Below are positions 19,631-30,800 of a stretch of 63,709 bases of DNA, one piece after another. A program made the translations under genes and the position numbers. The notes under the pieces are model-generated. The model was not told where the DNA came from and did not search any database. It worked only from the letters and a program-made list of their open reading frames with translations. Source of the DNA: a virus (Duplodnaviria > Caudoviricetes); the IMG/VR virus record IMGVR_UViG_3300050034_000204, positions 1-63,709 of that record; one strand, written 5' to 3'. Numbering within the stretch: position 1 is the stretch's first letter; the number at the start of each line of letters is the position of its first letter.

Positions 19631-19903
19631 ATGGCAAGACGAGTTGTAATATCAGCAAGAGGAAAGAAAGTAGATTTTGATGCGTTGAAGGATCGATATG
19701 CAAGTATGAATTCGATTAAAAAGCATTCTGCTAAACCAAAGAAAATTAAAGAAAAGCCAAAGACGGCTGAGGTAGTTGTTCCAAGGATTCCTCGATTAAC
19801 TATGGAGTCACCCGCCCCTCGTCCAATTCCGGTTGAGGAACCGCCGGTGCAGGTAACAGAAATTGATGTAGTAGGAACTTCAAAACCAACCAAAAAGAGG
19901 TAA
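19631..19903 (+). CDS. Hypothetical protein
   Basis: SARGKKVDFDAL N-terminus; TAAATA plus AGGAG upstream. Confidence 0.65.
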   Translation: MARRVVISARGKKVDFDALKDRYASMNSIKKHSAKPKKIKEKPKTAEVVVPRIPRLTMESPAPRPIPVEEPPVQVTEIDVVGTSKPTKKR

Positions 19904-19905
19904 TA

Positions 19906-20292
19906 ATGTCATCGCAAAAACCAGTAATTAATCATGTAAAAGGAAATCATATTCAACCTTTGAAGAATAAAATTCTTGTAAGAGATATGTCATTTGGTGA
20001 CATTAAAACAAAGAGTGGAATAATTTTAATCAATGATGATGCTACTTCAAGAGGTATTCATCCACGGTGGGCACAAATTTATGCAGTTGGAGATAAAGTA
20101 AAGGATGTTCATCCGTTGCAATGGGTATTGGTTGATCATGGTCGGTGGACTCGGGGTGTTGAATTCGAAGTTGAAGATACCGCAGAAATATTCACTGTTC
20201 GGGAAGTAGAAGAAAGTTCTATTCTATTAGTAGCAGATGAGAAACCAGATTTTTCTAGGTTTTCATTTCCCGGCAAACCAGACGCAATTTAA
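19906..20292 (+). CDS. groES: GroES-like co-chaperonin
   Basis: IQPLKNKILV, KTKSGIIL, AVG and ESSIL. Confidence 0.8.
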   Translation: MSSQKPVINHVKGNHIQPLKNKILVRDMSFGDIKTKSGIILINDDATSRGIHPRWAQIYAVGDKVKDVHPLQWVLVDHGRWTRGVEFEVEDTAEIFTVREVEESSILLVADEKPDFSRFSFPGKPDAI

Positions 20293-20303
20293 AAGGATAA
20301 TAC

Positions 20304-21233
20304 ATGGTAGATAAGAATAAATTATGGGTAGAAAAATATCGTCCTTCATCAGTTGATGATTTTGTATTCACTGATGAACAACAACAAGCACAAATTACTA
20401 ACTGGATTAAAAATCAAGATTGTGGAAATATTTTATTTTATGGTACTGCTGGCACAGGAAAGACGAGCCTTGCACTTTTACTAGTTAAATGCCTTAATAT
20501 TGATCCATATGATTTTTTAAAGATCAATGCCAGCAAGGAACGTAATATTGATGTGATGCGAGAAAAAGTTACCAACTTTGCATCCACTATTCCATTTGGT
20601 AAACTCAAAGTAGTTCTCTTAGATGAAGCTGATGGCCTTACTCCAGATGCGCAAAACTCGTTAAAAGGAATGATTGAGCAATATACTTCATGCCGATGGA
20701 TTCTAACCGCCAATGCCAAAAATAGAATTATTCCTCCCATTCATAGCCGCACCCAATCAATGGAAATTTCTAGGTTAGATCATACCGAGTATTTGGCAAG
20801 AGTTGCAAAAATTTTGATTGATGAAAATATTGATTTTGAATTGGAAACTCTAGAATTATATACTTCTGCATATTGGCCGGATCTTCGTAAATGTATTAAT
20901 TCTTTACAAACAAATTGCATTGATGGTAAATTATTAAGTCCTACTAAGTCTTCGGTGGCTACAAGTGATTATAGGTTAGAAGCTATTGACTTATTCAAGC
21001 AAGGGAAATTTCGAGAAGCAAGAAGCAAAATTGCTTCGCAAATTCGGCCAGAAGATGCTGAAGAGTTTTTTAGATTCTTATATGATAATTTGGATTTGCT
21101 TGGGGATACCGATGAGCAAAAAGATGGCGCTATTTTGATTATTCGCAAAGGATTGGTTCAAATACCGCTGGCATCTGATGTAGAAATTTTAATATCAGCG
21201 GTACTTACTGAATTAATGCAAAATAGAGGATAA
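20304..21233 (+). CDS. Clamp-loader ATPase subunit (T4 gp44/RFC-like)
   Basis: LWVEKYRP, GTAGTGKT, INAS, LLDEAD, PIHSR and PDLRKCIN.LQ. Confidence 0.92.
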   Translation: MVDKNKLWVEKYRPSSVDDFVFTDEQQQAQITNWIKNQDCGNILFYGTAGTGKTSLALLLVKCLNIDPYDFLKINASKERNIDVMREKVTNFASTIPFGKLKVVLLDEADGLTPDAQNSLKGMIEQYTSCRWILTANAKNRIIPPIHSRTQSMEISRLDHTEYLARVAKILIDENIDFELETLELYTSAYWPDLRKCINSLQTNCIDGKLLSPTKSSVATSDYRLEAIDLFKQGKFREARSKIASQIRPEDAEEFFRFLYDNLDLLGDTDEQKDGAILIIRKGLVQIPLASDVEILISAVLTELMQNRG

Positions 21234-21234
21234 T

Positions 21235-21408
21235 ATGTCAGTTAAAAAGAAAATAACTTTTAAGATCGTAGATAAATCAAACGTAGTAAGTGAATATTCA
21301 TTTACTTTTACCGAATCTGGTAATATGTGGAATCTGGCTCTCACAGATAATGCTCTACAAGTTCTAATTGAAGAATTATCATATAAGCATTCTGAAATCG
21401 ATTATTGA
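21235..21408 (+). CDS. Small hypothetical protein (57 aa)
   Basis: Hand-translated MSVKKKITF...; GAGG RBS; fills the gap between genes. Confidence 0.5.
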   Translation: MSVKKKITFKIVDKSNVVSEYSFTFTESGNMWNLALTDNALQVLIEELSYKHSEIDY

Positions 21409-21438
21409 TTAAGTTAAATAGTCTTAGGAGGATGCATT

Positions 21439-21657
21439 ATGTATTTAATTTTGACGAGTATTCAATGTGGAAAAAATATCGAAGATCATCCCGAGATTGT
21501 ATCCAAATTAAGTAATACTGCATTACGCGAAGCAAATCTCATTCTTGACTTAGATAATAAAGATGTAATTAAATGTCGTGGTTATTTGATTGATGGCAAT
21601 CCTGTAGAACGAGATTTTGATCTTCTTTTAAAATCAGTTCAAGACAAATACGTTTAA
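21439..21657 (+). CDS. Hypothetical protein
   Basis: TTAAATA plus AGGAGG upstream. Confidence 0.65.
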   Translation: MYLILTSIQCGKNIEDHPEIVSKLSNTALREANLILDLDNKDVIKCRGYLIDGNPVERDFDLLLKSVQDKYV

Positions 21658-21690
21658 ATTTATCCCATGATCGAGATCATGGGATAAATA
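21658..21690 (+). promoter_or_regulatory. Hairpin whose right arm contains a late-promoter core
   Basis: ATTTATCCCATGATC-GA-GATCATGGGATAAAT(A), then N5-ATG. Confidence 0.6.
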
Positions 21691-21695
21691 TTTCT

Positions 21696-22271
21696 ATGAG
21701 ACTATATGAACTAGAATCTTCAACATTTACTTTATGGCATGGCGGAAAAGATCTACAATATAATTATAGAGAATTTCAACCTAGCGGGAAAGGACGATGG
21801 GAATACGGTCCGGGAATATACTTAACCACTCATTATGATACGGCTCGTAAGTATTCGTCTGGCGGCAAAACAACTTACAAAGTTGTCATTAAAAAGGGAA
21901 CGGATATTAGCAAGGTTAATATTCCTTTGGATACCGCCATTGATTTTGTTAAACGATATGCAATCAAAAAATTTCAGAAATCAATAATAGAAGACCTCCG
22001 AGGAATTGCAGAAAAAAGAAATGGTTCGGTTTATATTGTTGCTGTTTCAAATCTATTATTTAATTCAAATGCAATTTCTTCAGCTAATACGGTTGCATTA
22101 CGAAAGTTTTTGGTGGATAATGGTGTTGATTATGAAATTGTTACTCATTTTGGCGGACGAGATGAAACGGTTGTGGTAATATATAATCCAAAAATAATAT
22201 TATCGGTGACCGCTGTGAAAGCAAAAGACGTGCAATCTTCGGAATGGGAACAGCCAACAAATTTATCTTGA
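21696..22271 (+). CDS. ADP-ribosyltransferase-fold (H-Y-E, ART-PolyVal-like) protein
   Basis: LWHGG, YGPGIYLTT...ARKY and late E.VVIYNP..I; leader MRLYELE. Confidence 0.6.
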   Translation: MRLYELESSTFTLWHGGKDLQYNYREFQPSGKGRWEYGPGIYLTTHYDTARKYSSGGKTTYKVVIKKGTDISKVNIPLDTAIDFVKRYAIKKFQKSIIEDLRGIAEKRNGSVYIVAVSNLLFNSNAISSANTVALRKFLVDNGVDYEIVTHFGGRDETVVVIYNPKIILSVTAVKAKDVQSSEWEQPTNLS

Positions 22272-22296
22272 CATGGCATTCCAAGTTTGATAAACT
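22268..22296 (+). promoter_or_regulatory. Sigma70-like early promoter
   Basis: TTGACA-N17-TAAACT. Confidence 0.6.
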
Positions 22297-22325
22297 GGTA
22301 ACGTGGTATCAACAAGGAGAAAAAT

Positions 22326-22874
22326 ATGGTTACGTTTGAGCAATGGTTAGAAGCAACTGATTATCGAATTACGGACAGCGAAAAGTATGGCTGGGATTGT
22401 TACGGAGACGATGCTCGTATTATGAGTTATGATGCTCCAAATGATGAATTTTCACAAGCCGCATCAGTAGAAATTATTTTTTCTGCTGATGGAAGCAAAA
22501 CAGTTTTTGAAGTTGGTGTATATGATTATTTACATAATAAGGCATATCGCCTTATTAATCCCGAGTATATTGGTAAATATCATGATGAAGTAACCCGCCG
22601 AATTGCAGATGGTAAGCTTGATAATGATCGTGCATGGGATGATGTTTCATACATTGATCTAGAAACCGCCGAAGATTTTCTTGAAAAGTTAACTGCTATT
22701 CTTTCTGGAGAGCCATACGATGATCGAGTAAGCATCCCTCTGGACCTTCCGAGTGATTCTGTATTCACTTTAATGAAGATGGCACATGAACAGGATATTA
22801 CGTTCAATCAACTTATCAGCAATATTCTCGTAGACTACATTCATGAAAACGAGCCAGACGACTGGACTGACTAA
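22326..22874 (+). CDS. Phage hypothetical protein with C-terminal RHH-like segment
   Basis: AAGGAG RBS; LMKMAHEQDITFNQLI. Confidence 0.7.
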   Translation: MVTFEQWLEATDYRITDSEKYGWDCYGDDARIMSYDAPNDEFSQAASVEIIFSADGSKTVFEVGVYDYLHNKAYRLINPEYIGKYHDEVTRRIADGKLDNDRAWDDVSYIDLETAEDFLEKLTAILSGEPYDDRVSIPLDLPSDSVFTLMKMAHEQDITFNQLISNILVDYIHENEPDDWTD

Positions 22875-22892
22875 CCTAATTTAAACAATAGT

Positions 22893-22923
22893 GAAAAGCC
22901 CCGCATATTATGCGGGGCTTTTC
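22893..22923. terminator. Bidirectional intrinsic terminator
   Basis: GAAAAGCCCCGCATA-T-TATGCGGGGCTTTTC between convergent genes. Confidence 0.88.
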
Positions 22924-23679
22924 TTATTCTTCTTCGTATAATTTTAAAATGTGCCTTACTAGGGGACTTCGAACAGAATCTTCTTTATTAAACTGTACCA
23001 TGGCGGTAAGCGGAGATTCATATTTTCCCAATCTAGTTATTAAATCTTTGAGGCCATTGTCATTCTCAAATTTTCTATCTGCCTGTTTTAAATCTCCGGT
23101 GATAAAAACTCTGGAAGTTTCCCCAAGGCGAGTGAGCAATGTTTTGCATTCATTGATACTAGAATTTTGCATTTCGTCTGCAACAATCCATGCATCATTT
23201 AAATTTCTTCCTCGTAAGTACATAAGAGGTTCAATTGCCACAATGCCAGTTTCGATCATTTGTGCCACATCTTTCTTGGAATAGAAGTCCTCTAGGAAGT
23301 CCAGCAGGGGCAGTAGGAACGGCTCCATCTTCTCAAACATAGTTCCGGGCAGTGCGCCAATAGAAATTCCGTCTACGGCTGAATACGGGCGAGTGATGAC
23401 AATCTTTCTAATTTTCTTTTCTTCCAGTGCTTTAATAGCAGATGCCATGCAAAGATACGACTTGCCACAGCCCGAAGAACCGATTGTACATACCAATTTC
23501 CTTTCTTCATCCATAAGATATTCCAAAAGTTCTTCTTGTCTTTCATTTCTTGGAATAATAGTAATAGATTGCTTTAGCTGACCCTTTTTCCCTGAAGGAG
23601 TATATTTTGATGGTTTATTGGCAATGTTTGGGTTCTGGGTGGGTTCGGCTGTAATTGCTTTCTTTCTCGATCTAGGCAT
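22924..23679 (-). CDS. phoH: PhoH-like ATPase
   Basis: GSSGCGKS, ITRP, LPG...EKM.P, YLRGR, ADEMQN, LTRLGE, TGD..Q.D and VRS.LV. Confidence 0.93.
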   Translation of the reverse strand: MPRSRKKAITAEPTQNPNIANKPSKYTPSGKKGQLKQSITIIPRNERQEELLEYLMDEERKLVCTIGSSGCGKSYLCMASAIKALEEKKIRKIVITRPYSAVDGISIGALPGTMFEKMEPFLLPLLDFLEDFYSKKDVAQMIETGIVAIEPLMYLRGRNLNDAWIVADEMQNSSINECKTLLTRLGETSRVFITGDLKQADRKFENDNGLKDLITRLGKYESPLTAMVQFNKEDSVRSPLVRHILKLYEEE

Positions 23680-23776
23680 AAATTAAAATCTCCTGAAACA
23701 ACTTGAATTGCCTTTCATCTATATTTATGGTTTTGAAAATGAGGTATTTTCAAAGATAAATACAAAAGAGGTTTTA

Positions 23777-24382
23777 ATGATCGATACTAATACATTACAA
23801 TTAAAAGGGCATGTCACCATTGCCGATTCTGATACAGGAGAAATTCTATTAGATCGAGGAAATGCCATTCACTATGAAAATCTATCTCAATCAATTGTTC
23901 AAAGTCTTATTGATGGTCCATTAGATAATCAATCAAGTGCAGGATTTATTTATAGTATGAATTTTGGGAATGGAGGAACCACGGTTAATTCAAGTGGAAT
24001 AATCACTTATAATCCTCCCAATACTACGGGTTCAACTGCGCAACTATATAATCAAACATATACAAAAGTTATCAATGATTCATTTGCAGCAGATTTAGAT
24101 ACGGTTAATAACAATCTTCAATATAGTCATATTACTGGTAAAACATATACTGATTTAATTTGTACTTGTAAATTAGATTATACTGAGCCAAGTGATCAAT
24201 TGAGTTTTGATAATAGCAATGATATTGATACGGAATATGCATTTGATGAACTTGGTTTATTTAATTACTCTGGAATGCTATTAACCCATGTATGTTTTTC
24301 ACCAATTATTAAATCTCTGAATCGTTCATTTACAATTACCTATACAGTTAGAATTTCAACACTGTCAACCCTGACAGTATAA
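23777..24382 (+). CDS. Virion structural protein (baseplate/tail-collar-like)
   Basis: GHV.I.D, NAIH.EN, FGNGG, FDELGL and LLTHV.F.PI.KS.NR; GATAAATA plus GAGG upstream. Confidence 0.65.
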   Translation: MIDTNTLQLKGHVTIADSDTGEILLDRGNAIHYENLSQSIVQSLIDGPLDNQSSAGFIYSMNFGNGGTTVNSSGIITYNPPNTTGSTAQLYNQTYTKVINDSFAADLDTVNNNLQYSHITGKTYTDLICTCKLDYTEPSDQLSFDNSNDIDTEYAFDELGLFNYSGMLLTHVCFSPIIKSLNRSFTITYTVRISTLSTLTV

Positions 24383-24393
24383 GGATATAATAT

Positions 24394-26493
24394 ATGCCAA
24401 CAACTATAAAACTAACTAATGGAAACACATTAACCACTATACCAGACACTCAATTAGTAACAACATATGCCGGGTTAAGTTTAATTGGTAAAAAATATCC
24501 ATCGTATTGTACTGTTTCTAACACAGACTTGGTACATATTACCGAAAATTTCGCGGCCAGTACTGCACCAACAAATCCGTTAATTGGACAATTTTGGTAT
24601 GACACCAATGAAAAAGTTGTAAAATATTATGATGGGACTTCATTTAAACAAGTAGCAGTATTAACTAGCGATTCATCCGAGCCAACCGATCCAAATGAAA
24701 GTGATCAATGGTTTGATACCAATACCGAGCAATTATATATATATTATGATTATGCATGGGTGTTAATTGGCCCCGCATTAAGCGCAACTTCTTCTGAGGG
24801 ATGGATAACTGAAACCTATTCTGCGGTTTCTGCTAATATCGATTACGAAGAATTGTTTGTAAATGGGAATGCGGTATGTATTGGCTCATCTAATGAAATT
24901 GTTCCAACGTCTACCCCGATTATTGGTTTTTCAAATATTCGTTCTGGATTAAATTTTGTATCTTCTGAAGTTGAAGGAACGGTTTCTGGAGGAATATACA
25001 ATGCAACTGATGTAACTCTCGGAGAAGGTGACGAATTTTCTCTATCAACAGATGATTCAAGAAATGGTTTAGTTACTTCCAACGGCAATCTTACACAGAT
25101 TAATGCTGGTGGACAAAGTGAAAATATTGCCGCCTTTACTTCATGGAAAAACGGAGAACTTACTGGAAATATCTATTTGAATAATGAAATGGTTAGCAAT
25201 ATTACTATTTCAAATGACTTGATATCTGTTGGAAAAAATATTTTCAGTGGCAATCTTGCGGTAACTGGAAATATTTGGGTTGGGCCAAATAGTAATATAA
25301 GTGCTCCCGGAACATCTGGTCAAGTTCTTTTTAATGAGGCAAGTAATATCGGAGCAACCACCGCGATATCTGTAAGTGGAACATCTACTTCATTAAATGG
25401 ACCATCAGAACTGCATGGCGCAGCAACATTAGATAGTACTTTGACTGTTGCTGGTGCAGCAACTTTAAATGCGGGAGAGACTGTATCTGGCGCAATTCAA
25501 CAATCTGGTGGAGAAAATCATTTTGCATTTGGAACTTATACCGATCCTTCCACTGGCTATAGTTATGATGCCAAATTTGGAGGAACTAATAAAGGAATTG
25601 CAGTTAATGGTTCGAGCCTATTTAATTCAGATATTAGTATTGCCGGATCAACTGAATTACATGGCGCAGCTACTTTAGATAGTACTTTGAATGTAACTGG
25701 TGCAACCACTTTGGATAGTACCTTAACTGTTGAGCAAGGTACAACTTTAGATACTACGTTATCTGTTGGTACTACCACCGAACTTCATGGTGCTGCAACT
25801 TTAGATAGCACATTATCCGTTGCTGGTGCTTCGTCATTGAATAATACCTTGAATGTAACTGGTGCAACAACATTAGATAGTACATTAGTTGTTGAGCAAG
25901 GTACAACTTTAGATAGCACATTATCTGTTTCTGGTGCGACCACGTTGAATAGTACTCTTGCTGTCTCCGGTGCGGCTACATTAAGTTCTTCTGAAACAGT
26001 TGGTGGTACTCTTAATGTGGTTGGTACGACTACTTTAAATTCAGGAGTAAGCGGAAGTCAATTTTCATTGCCAACATCTACTCTAGGAGCACTGGGTACA
26101 GTTATTATGTCAATGGGTTCTGGAACCACCCAATGGTCAACCAGTAACATCGCCGAGTGGAGTAATTATTCTGCCACCACTCCGGGATATATGTATCTTC
26201 CAAATGGATTATTGATTCAATGGGCAAAAGGAACGCAAGTAAGTAATGGTTCGGGCGGCGGCGGTCGTGGTCAAACAACGGTTTCATGGGATATTTCTTT
26301 CCCACACGCGTGCTTTGCAGTAAGCGCCACCGTTGGGTTCGTTAACACCGTCTCTGGTACTGATTGGCAGGGAGTTGCCTTCTACGTTCAGCCGGGAACC
26401 CATCTATCCAGCGTTTATTTGCAATATGATACTAGATCAGATGGATCAGCAAGTTCTCCATTCTTCCCAATTATATTTGGTATTGGATATTAA
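24394..26493 (+). CDS. Tail fibre protein
   Basis: N-terminal ENFA...P..GQFWYD anchor, 12-aa GATTLDSTL.V repeats, C-terminal GYMYLPNGLLIQW (gp53-like tip). Confidence 0.8.
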   Translation: MPTTIKLTNGNTLTTIPDTQLVTTYAGLSLIGKKYPSYCTVSNTDLVHITENFAASTAPTNPLIGQFWYDTNEKVVKYYDGTSFKQVAVLTSDSSEPTDPNESDQWFDTNTEQLYIYYDYAWVLIGPALSATSSEGWITETYSAVSANIDYEELFVNGNAVCIGSSNEIVPTSTPIIGFSNIRSGLNFVSSEVEGTVSGGIYNATDVTLGEGDEFSLSTDDSRNGLVTSNGNLTQINAGGQSENIAAFTSWKNGELTGNIYLNNEMVSNITISNDLISVGKNIFSGNLAVTGNIWVGPNSNISAPGTSGQVLFNEASNIGATTAISVSGTSTSLNGPSELHGAATLDSTLTVAGAATLNAGETVSGAIQQSGGENHFAFGTYTDPSTGYSYDAKFGGTNKGIAVNGSSLFNSDISIAGSTELHGAATLDSTLNVTGATTLDSTLTVEQGTTLDTTLSVGTTTELHGAATLDSTLSVAGASSLNNTLNVTGATTLDSTLVVEQGTTLDSTLSVSGATTLNSTLAVSGAATLSSSETVGGTLNVVGTTTLNSGVSGSQFSLPTSTLGALGTVIMSMGSGTTQWSTSNIAEWSNYSATTPGYMYLPNGLLIQWAKGTQVSNGSGGGGRGQTTVSWDISFPHACFAVSATVGFVNTVSGTDWQGVAFYVQPGTHLSSVYLQYDTRSDGSASSPFFPIIFGIGY

Positions 26494-26524
26494 GTTAAGG
26501 GGCAGATATCTGCCCCTTAACTTA
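26491..26524. terminator. 34-bp perfect palindrome between convergent genes
   Basis: TAAGTTAAGGGGCAGAT-ATCTGCCCCTTAACTTA. Confidence 0.75.
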
Positions 26525-27821
26525 TTATAAAACTTCCTTTATCAATCAACAATGTTGAAATTGTAGTATTAGCATTCTGCAAACTTGTATCACTATTAGC
26601 AGAATACCATATTGATTTTCCAACATCTTCTGCGAGAATATTTGCAATATCTGTTGAATCGCTATAATTTATAACTTGTGATCCGATATTGGTTATATTC
26701 AAAGTACCAGTTCCATATACTCCTCGTGTCAATCCTGATAATGTCCCGCTAGAAATATCATTATATAGATAACTAATACATTCTCCGTCAGCAAATACAT
26801 ATCCTCGTTCATATGGAATATTTGGAATATCAAAGTTTGCGGTAGATGCTAATATAAGACTTTGCGAGTTGGCATATAATGGGCTAGTAAGGGTACTAAC
26901 ACAATTAGAACCAAGTACATTATATTTTGTTTTTCCAGTTGCAATAACATACATATTTCCATTTATTGGAGATGTTAAAAGTATTTTTTTATAAGCACCT
27001 TCCCACTGAGATGAACTTAATATGTTTCCATTTTGAATAATGGATGCTTCTGCACTTTTAAGAGACGATTCCCACGGAACTGCATAAGAATCATTTGCAG
27101 AAGTGGTTGTAATTTTAACATTTGAAATATCATGCAATTCGCTCGTTGTTTTAAATAAACTATAACCAATAATAGGAGTAGCGGTGTTATCCGATCCTAT
27201 TTCTAATTGTGATATCTTAATCTGAAGTGAATCTGTGATAAATCCCGGAACTAACTCTTCGGGATTGCACCTATTATAAAAATCTCCACCAAAAATATCA
27301 ATATCTTGTGCTTTATATGGAGTTGGGAATTCATGGGAAATATCTGTCGTATCGAGAAACTTTGATACATGAATAGCTTTTTCTTTAGTGATTTTAAAAT
27401 CACCAAATTCTCCGATGAATGCATTCGATCCATTATACTGCGCCCCAATAGTAAGATAGCCATGATTACTACTATTATTTAAATTGACTACAACATTTGA
27501 TTTTCCTTGCATTATTCCATCTGAAAATAAATAAAATACATTTGAATATCTTTCAAAACTTATAAAATGCATTACGTTTGAAGATATATTTTCTCCATTT
27601 ATAATAAAGGAAGATATTGTGTTTGATGGCGTTCCACAAGAAGCATATATATTCCCACCCGAAAGATATGATTGAAAGTCCAGCGTAGAATTGTCGCTTA
27701 CATCAAATAATACTTGAGAATTATTTGATGTAATAGCAGCATTTGCAAAAAATTCAATTGTAAAATCAGAATATGAAAATTGAAAATCTGCCTCGTGTTT
27801 ACTTTGAATATAGTTACTCAT
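26517..27821 (-). CDS. Baseplate-associated protein with LamG-like domain
   Basis: DFTIEFF...H....R...F.DG...LTIG...F.G...DFKITK; PEELVPG; ECISY...L..LTRGVYGT. Confidence 0.65.
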   Translation of the reverse strand: MSNYIQSKHEADFQFSYSDFTIEFFANAAITSNNSQVLFDVSDNSTLDFQSYLSGGNIYASCGTPSNTISSFIINGENISSNVMHFISFERYSNVFYLFSDGIMQGKSNVVVNLNNSSNHGYLTIGAQYNGSNAFIGEFGDFKITKEKAIHVSKFLDTTDISHEFPTPYKAQDIDIFGGDFYNRCNPEELVPGFITDSLQIKISQLEIGSDNTATPIIGYSLFKTTSELHDISNVKITTTSANDSYAVPWESSLKSAEASIIQNGNILSSSQWEGAYKKILLTSPINGNMYVIATGKTKYNVLGSNCVSTLTSPLYANSQSLILASTANFDIPNIPYERGYVFADGECISYLYNDISSGTLSGLTRGVYGTGTLNITNIGSQVINYSDSTDIANILAEDVGKSIWYSANSDTSLQNANTTISTLLIDKGSFIIS

Positions 27822-30800
27822 TAATTTTCACCAACATTATATAATCATTTGAGGTTCCATCTACCGTTACGTTCCCAACTATAGTTAATTGCTTTTGATT
27901 CCATGATAGATCAGAAACATATTTAGTAGAATTGATTCCAGTAAAAGATATTAATTTAGATTCGTTAGTCATTGATTCAAATCCATATAATATCGGGGTA
28001 TAACTAAAATAGTTATCAGAATATTCTGATCGTGGGAATGGCTCTGATGGAATAGCCGATGCAACATTTGCATATCGATTGAATTTCTTTGTAATACGCA
28101 ATTCATCCATATAACCATTCATAATATTTCCGCCATCTACAGAAGCCCCCAAAGTTAAGGCATTGTCAGTTATATCATAGGACGCATTAGAAATTCCAAC
28201 AATATTTCCGTTAAGATACATTTCCACATTAGAAGTATTTCCGGCAATCATTATATAATTCCAATTATTCGCAGAAACTTCAACATTTGATGTTATATTA
28301 ATATTCGCGGTAGTTAAAATTATACTACCATTCGATGAAGAGATAACTGCGCCCATATTGCTACTATTAGAAGTTCTGCCATCTAAAATTGTTATATTAG
28401 ATAGATCATTAAGCCGAACAAAGAATTCTAATGTAAAGTTTGCATTTCCCAAATTAATATCAGTTGATCCGGTGTTCGCAACAATATAAGAATTATTAAA
28501 ATATCCTGATGAATTTCCAAAACGAGGAAATTCGTGACTTAGAATACTATCATTTAATTGTTGCGGTTTCCAAGAAAGATTTAATACAACATTGCTATCA
28601 TCAATATAATCATAATCAAAAATAGTACTTATTGGTGGAGTATAGGTTGGGCTAAATGGAATACTTTCGATTGTTAAATTAGAAGCATGTCCATAATTAT
28701 TTCCTCGCATATTTGCATTTGGGGTATATGCTGCAAATATACGATTTGCAGCAGTGGTTGTAGCAATACTTTCGGAATTGGCTGTGGTCCATTCGGATAC
28801 ATTTCCAATAGTAGTATTCGAAGTGGCTTGCATAAATGCACTATTAGCAGTTAGGTAAACAATTGATCCCGTTTGATAAACAATATTTGATTCTCCGAGT
28901 TCAATATTTGAGGAGACTCTATCAAATCGAATATTCGAGGTTAACTCTCGAACCAATGAATTTTCCAAAGTAGCTACTACCGTTGCTTCCACGTTGGCAT
29001 AATCATCACTGATAATAATTGTTGGAGTACTTGTAAATGATCCTCCATCATAAATGGTAAAATCATTTATTCCAAATTTAAAATTAAAAGTTGCCCCAGA
29101 ACCATTGCTAGTTACGTTGGTGGGAACAACTCCAATGTAACTAGATGCCGAAGTATAAGTTATATCAGCAAACTCGGTATTAAATGATTTTATTGCACCG
29201 TTAGAAAACACGGTATCAATAATAATATTCCCTGCATCTGATGGTAATTCAAGAATATCATTGGCAGAATAATCAAATCCCAAAGATTTAATATTTGCTT
29301 CTACTAGCCGAATATTTTTTACTACAATATTTGCTCCAGAAGCATAGATATTTGCCGACGTATTTATGTATCCTTCGCCGGGGTCAACAACTCTCAAATT
29401 TGAGATTGTATAATCATAATTATTATACCAAGCAGAATAAACAGAAGTATTACTTAACGTGTTGGCATCTGTTAATTGAGATCCATCCACCGACCGAATA
29501 AATGATAACGTATTAGCAACACTTTCAAATGGAATAGTTACCGCACCATTTGGATAAAATGGTATAGATTCGTTGTTGATATATAAATATCTTAAATTAT
29601 ACGGAATTCCTCTGAAAGTTGGTCCAATTACATATGGATAGGTATTGGTAGAAAAATAAGCATACGTTCCATTTGGATATTCTGGAGTAATGCAATACTT
29701 TCCATTATTTTCATCCAAAGTTCCGCTTCCCTCTACATAGATATAATCATCTACATATTTCCCATCTGGAGAAGTATAATTTCCAACAAATAATCCATTA
29801 TATATTTCGCTTGATTCAAGTCTAGCAATATTTGATAATGCATAGCTGGATGTTTGTTTTATAATTATAGTACTATTTGCATTTGCATATCCATATGGGC
29901 CATATATAGGATTTCCGTCGAGTGCAAACCCAATAATTGGGCTATGAGAAGAAGAATCTCCCAATAGATATTCTGGAAGAGTGATATAAGATAATACTCC
30001 ATATTGATCTACTATTCCATTTGCAACATTCGCGGCGGCAGCTTCGTTGATGAGATGCTTCTCAGAGGTAGCCAAATTCGCGTTGTAGTACACCACCACG
30101 GCGTTTCCTTTGTTAGGACCATATACCGGCACCCCATCGATTGCTAATGCATTGGGAAACGCGTTTCCCAATGATTGATCCACGTTGTTCATAATCAAGT
30201 CTACATTAGATCCATAATTGGTAGAGAATGTAGAATATTGTATTGCTGAATTATTACTAGGAACCAAATCAAATGCAAATTTCCAAGTTTTTGACGCAAT
30301 ATTAGAAGTTATATTGCTGGTAACATACATGGTATTTGCTGTCCCATATACTCCGCAATTTGGAAGAAATGGACTATTCATTTTTGGATTATTGGTGGTT
30401 GCCAAAATCATATTATAATAATTTGTATCAAATTGAGAAGGCAAATCAAAATCAGATACCCCAACATTTCCATATTCTGTGCCAGTATATTTGTTATTGA
30501 ATTCGCGAATTCTTGCATGAAAAGGAAGAGTTTCATACATGAAATTTTTAATATCATCTTCATTATCTGCTTCAAAATTAGTCTCTGTCATAAGGTCCCG
30601 ATTATTATAATCAACCGTAACAAAGCTAGTTTTAAATAGCCAATCAAGATTGCTATTTTCATACAAGATATATTTGATCATTGAAAAGAATGCAGCATCC
30701 GCAGCAGAAGATAACTCTTCATTTAATGTCAAAACAATTTCATTCAAGATTCTAACAATTTTACGAATCTCTAAATAAGGTTCAGAATCATAGGAAGTAG

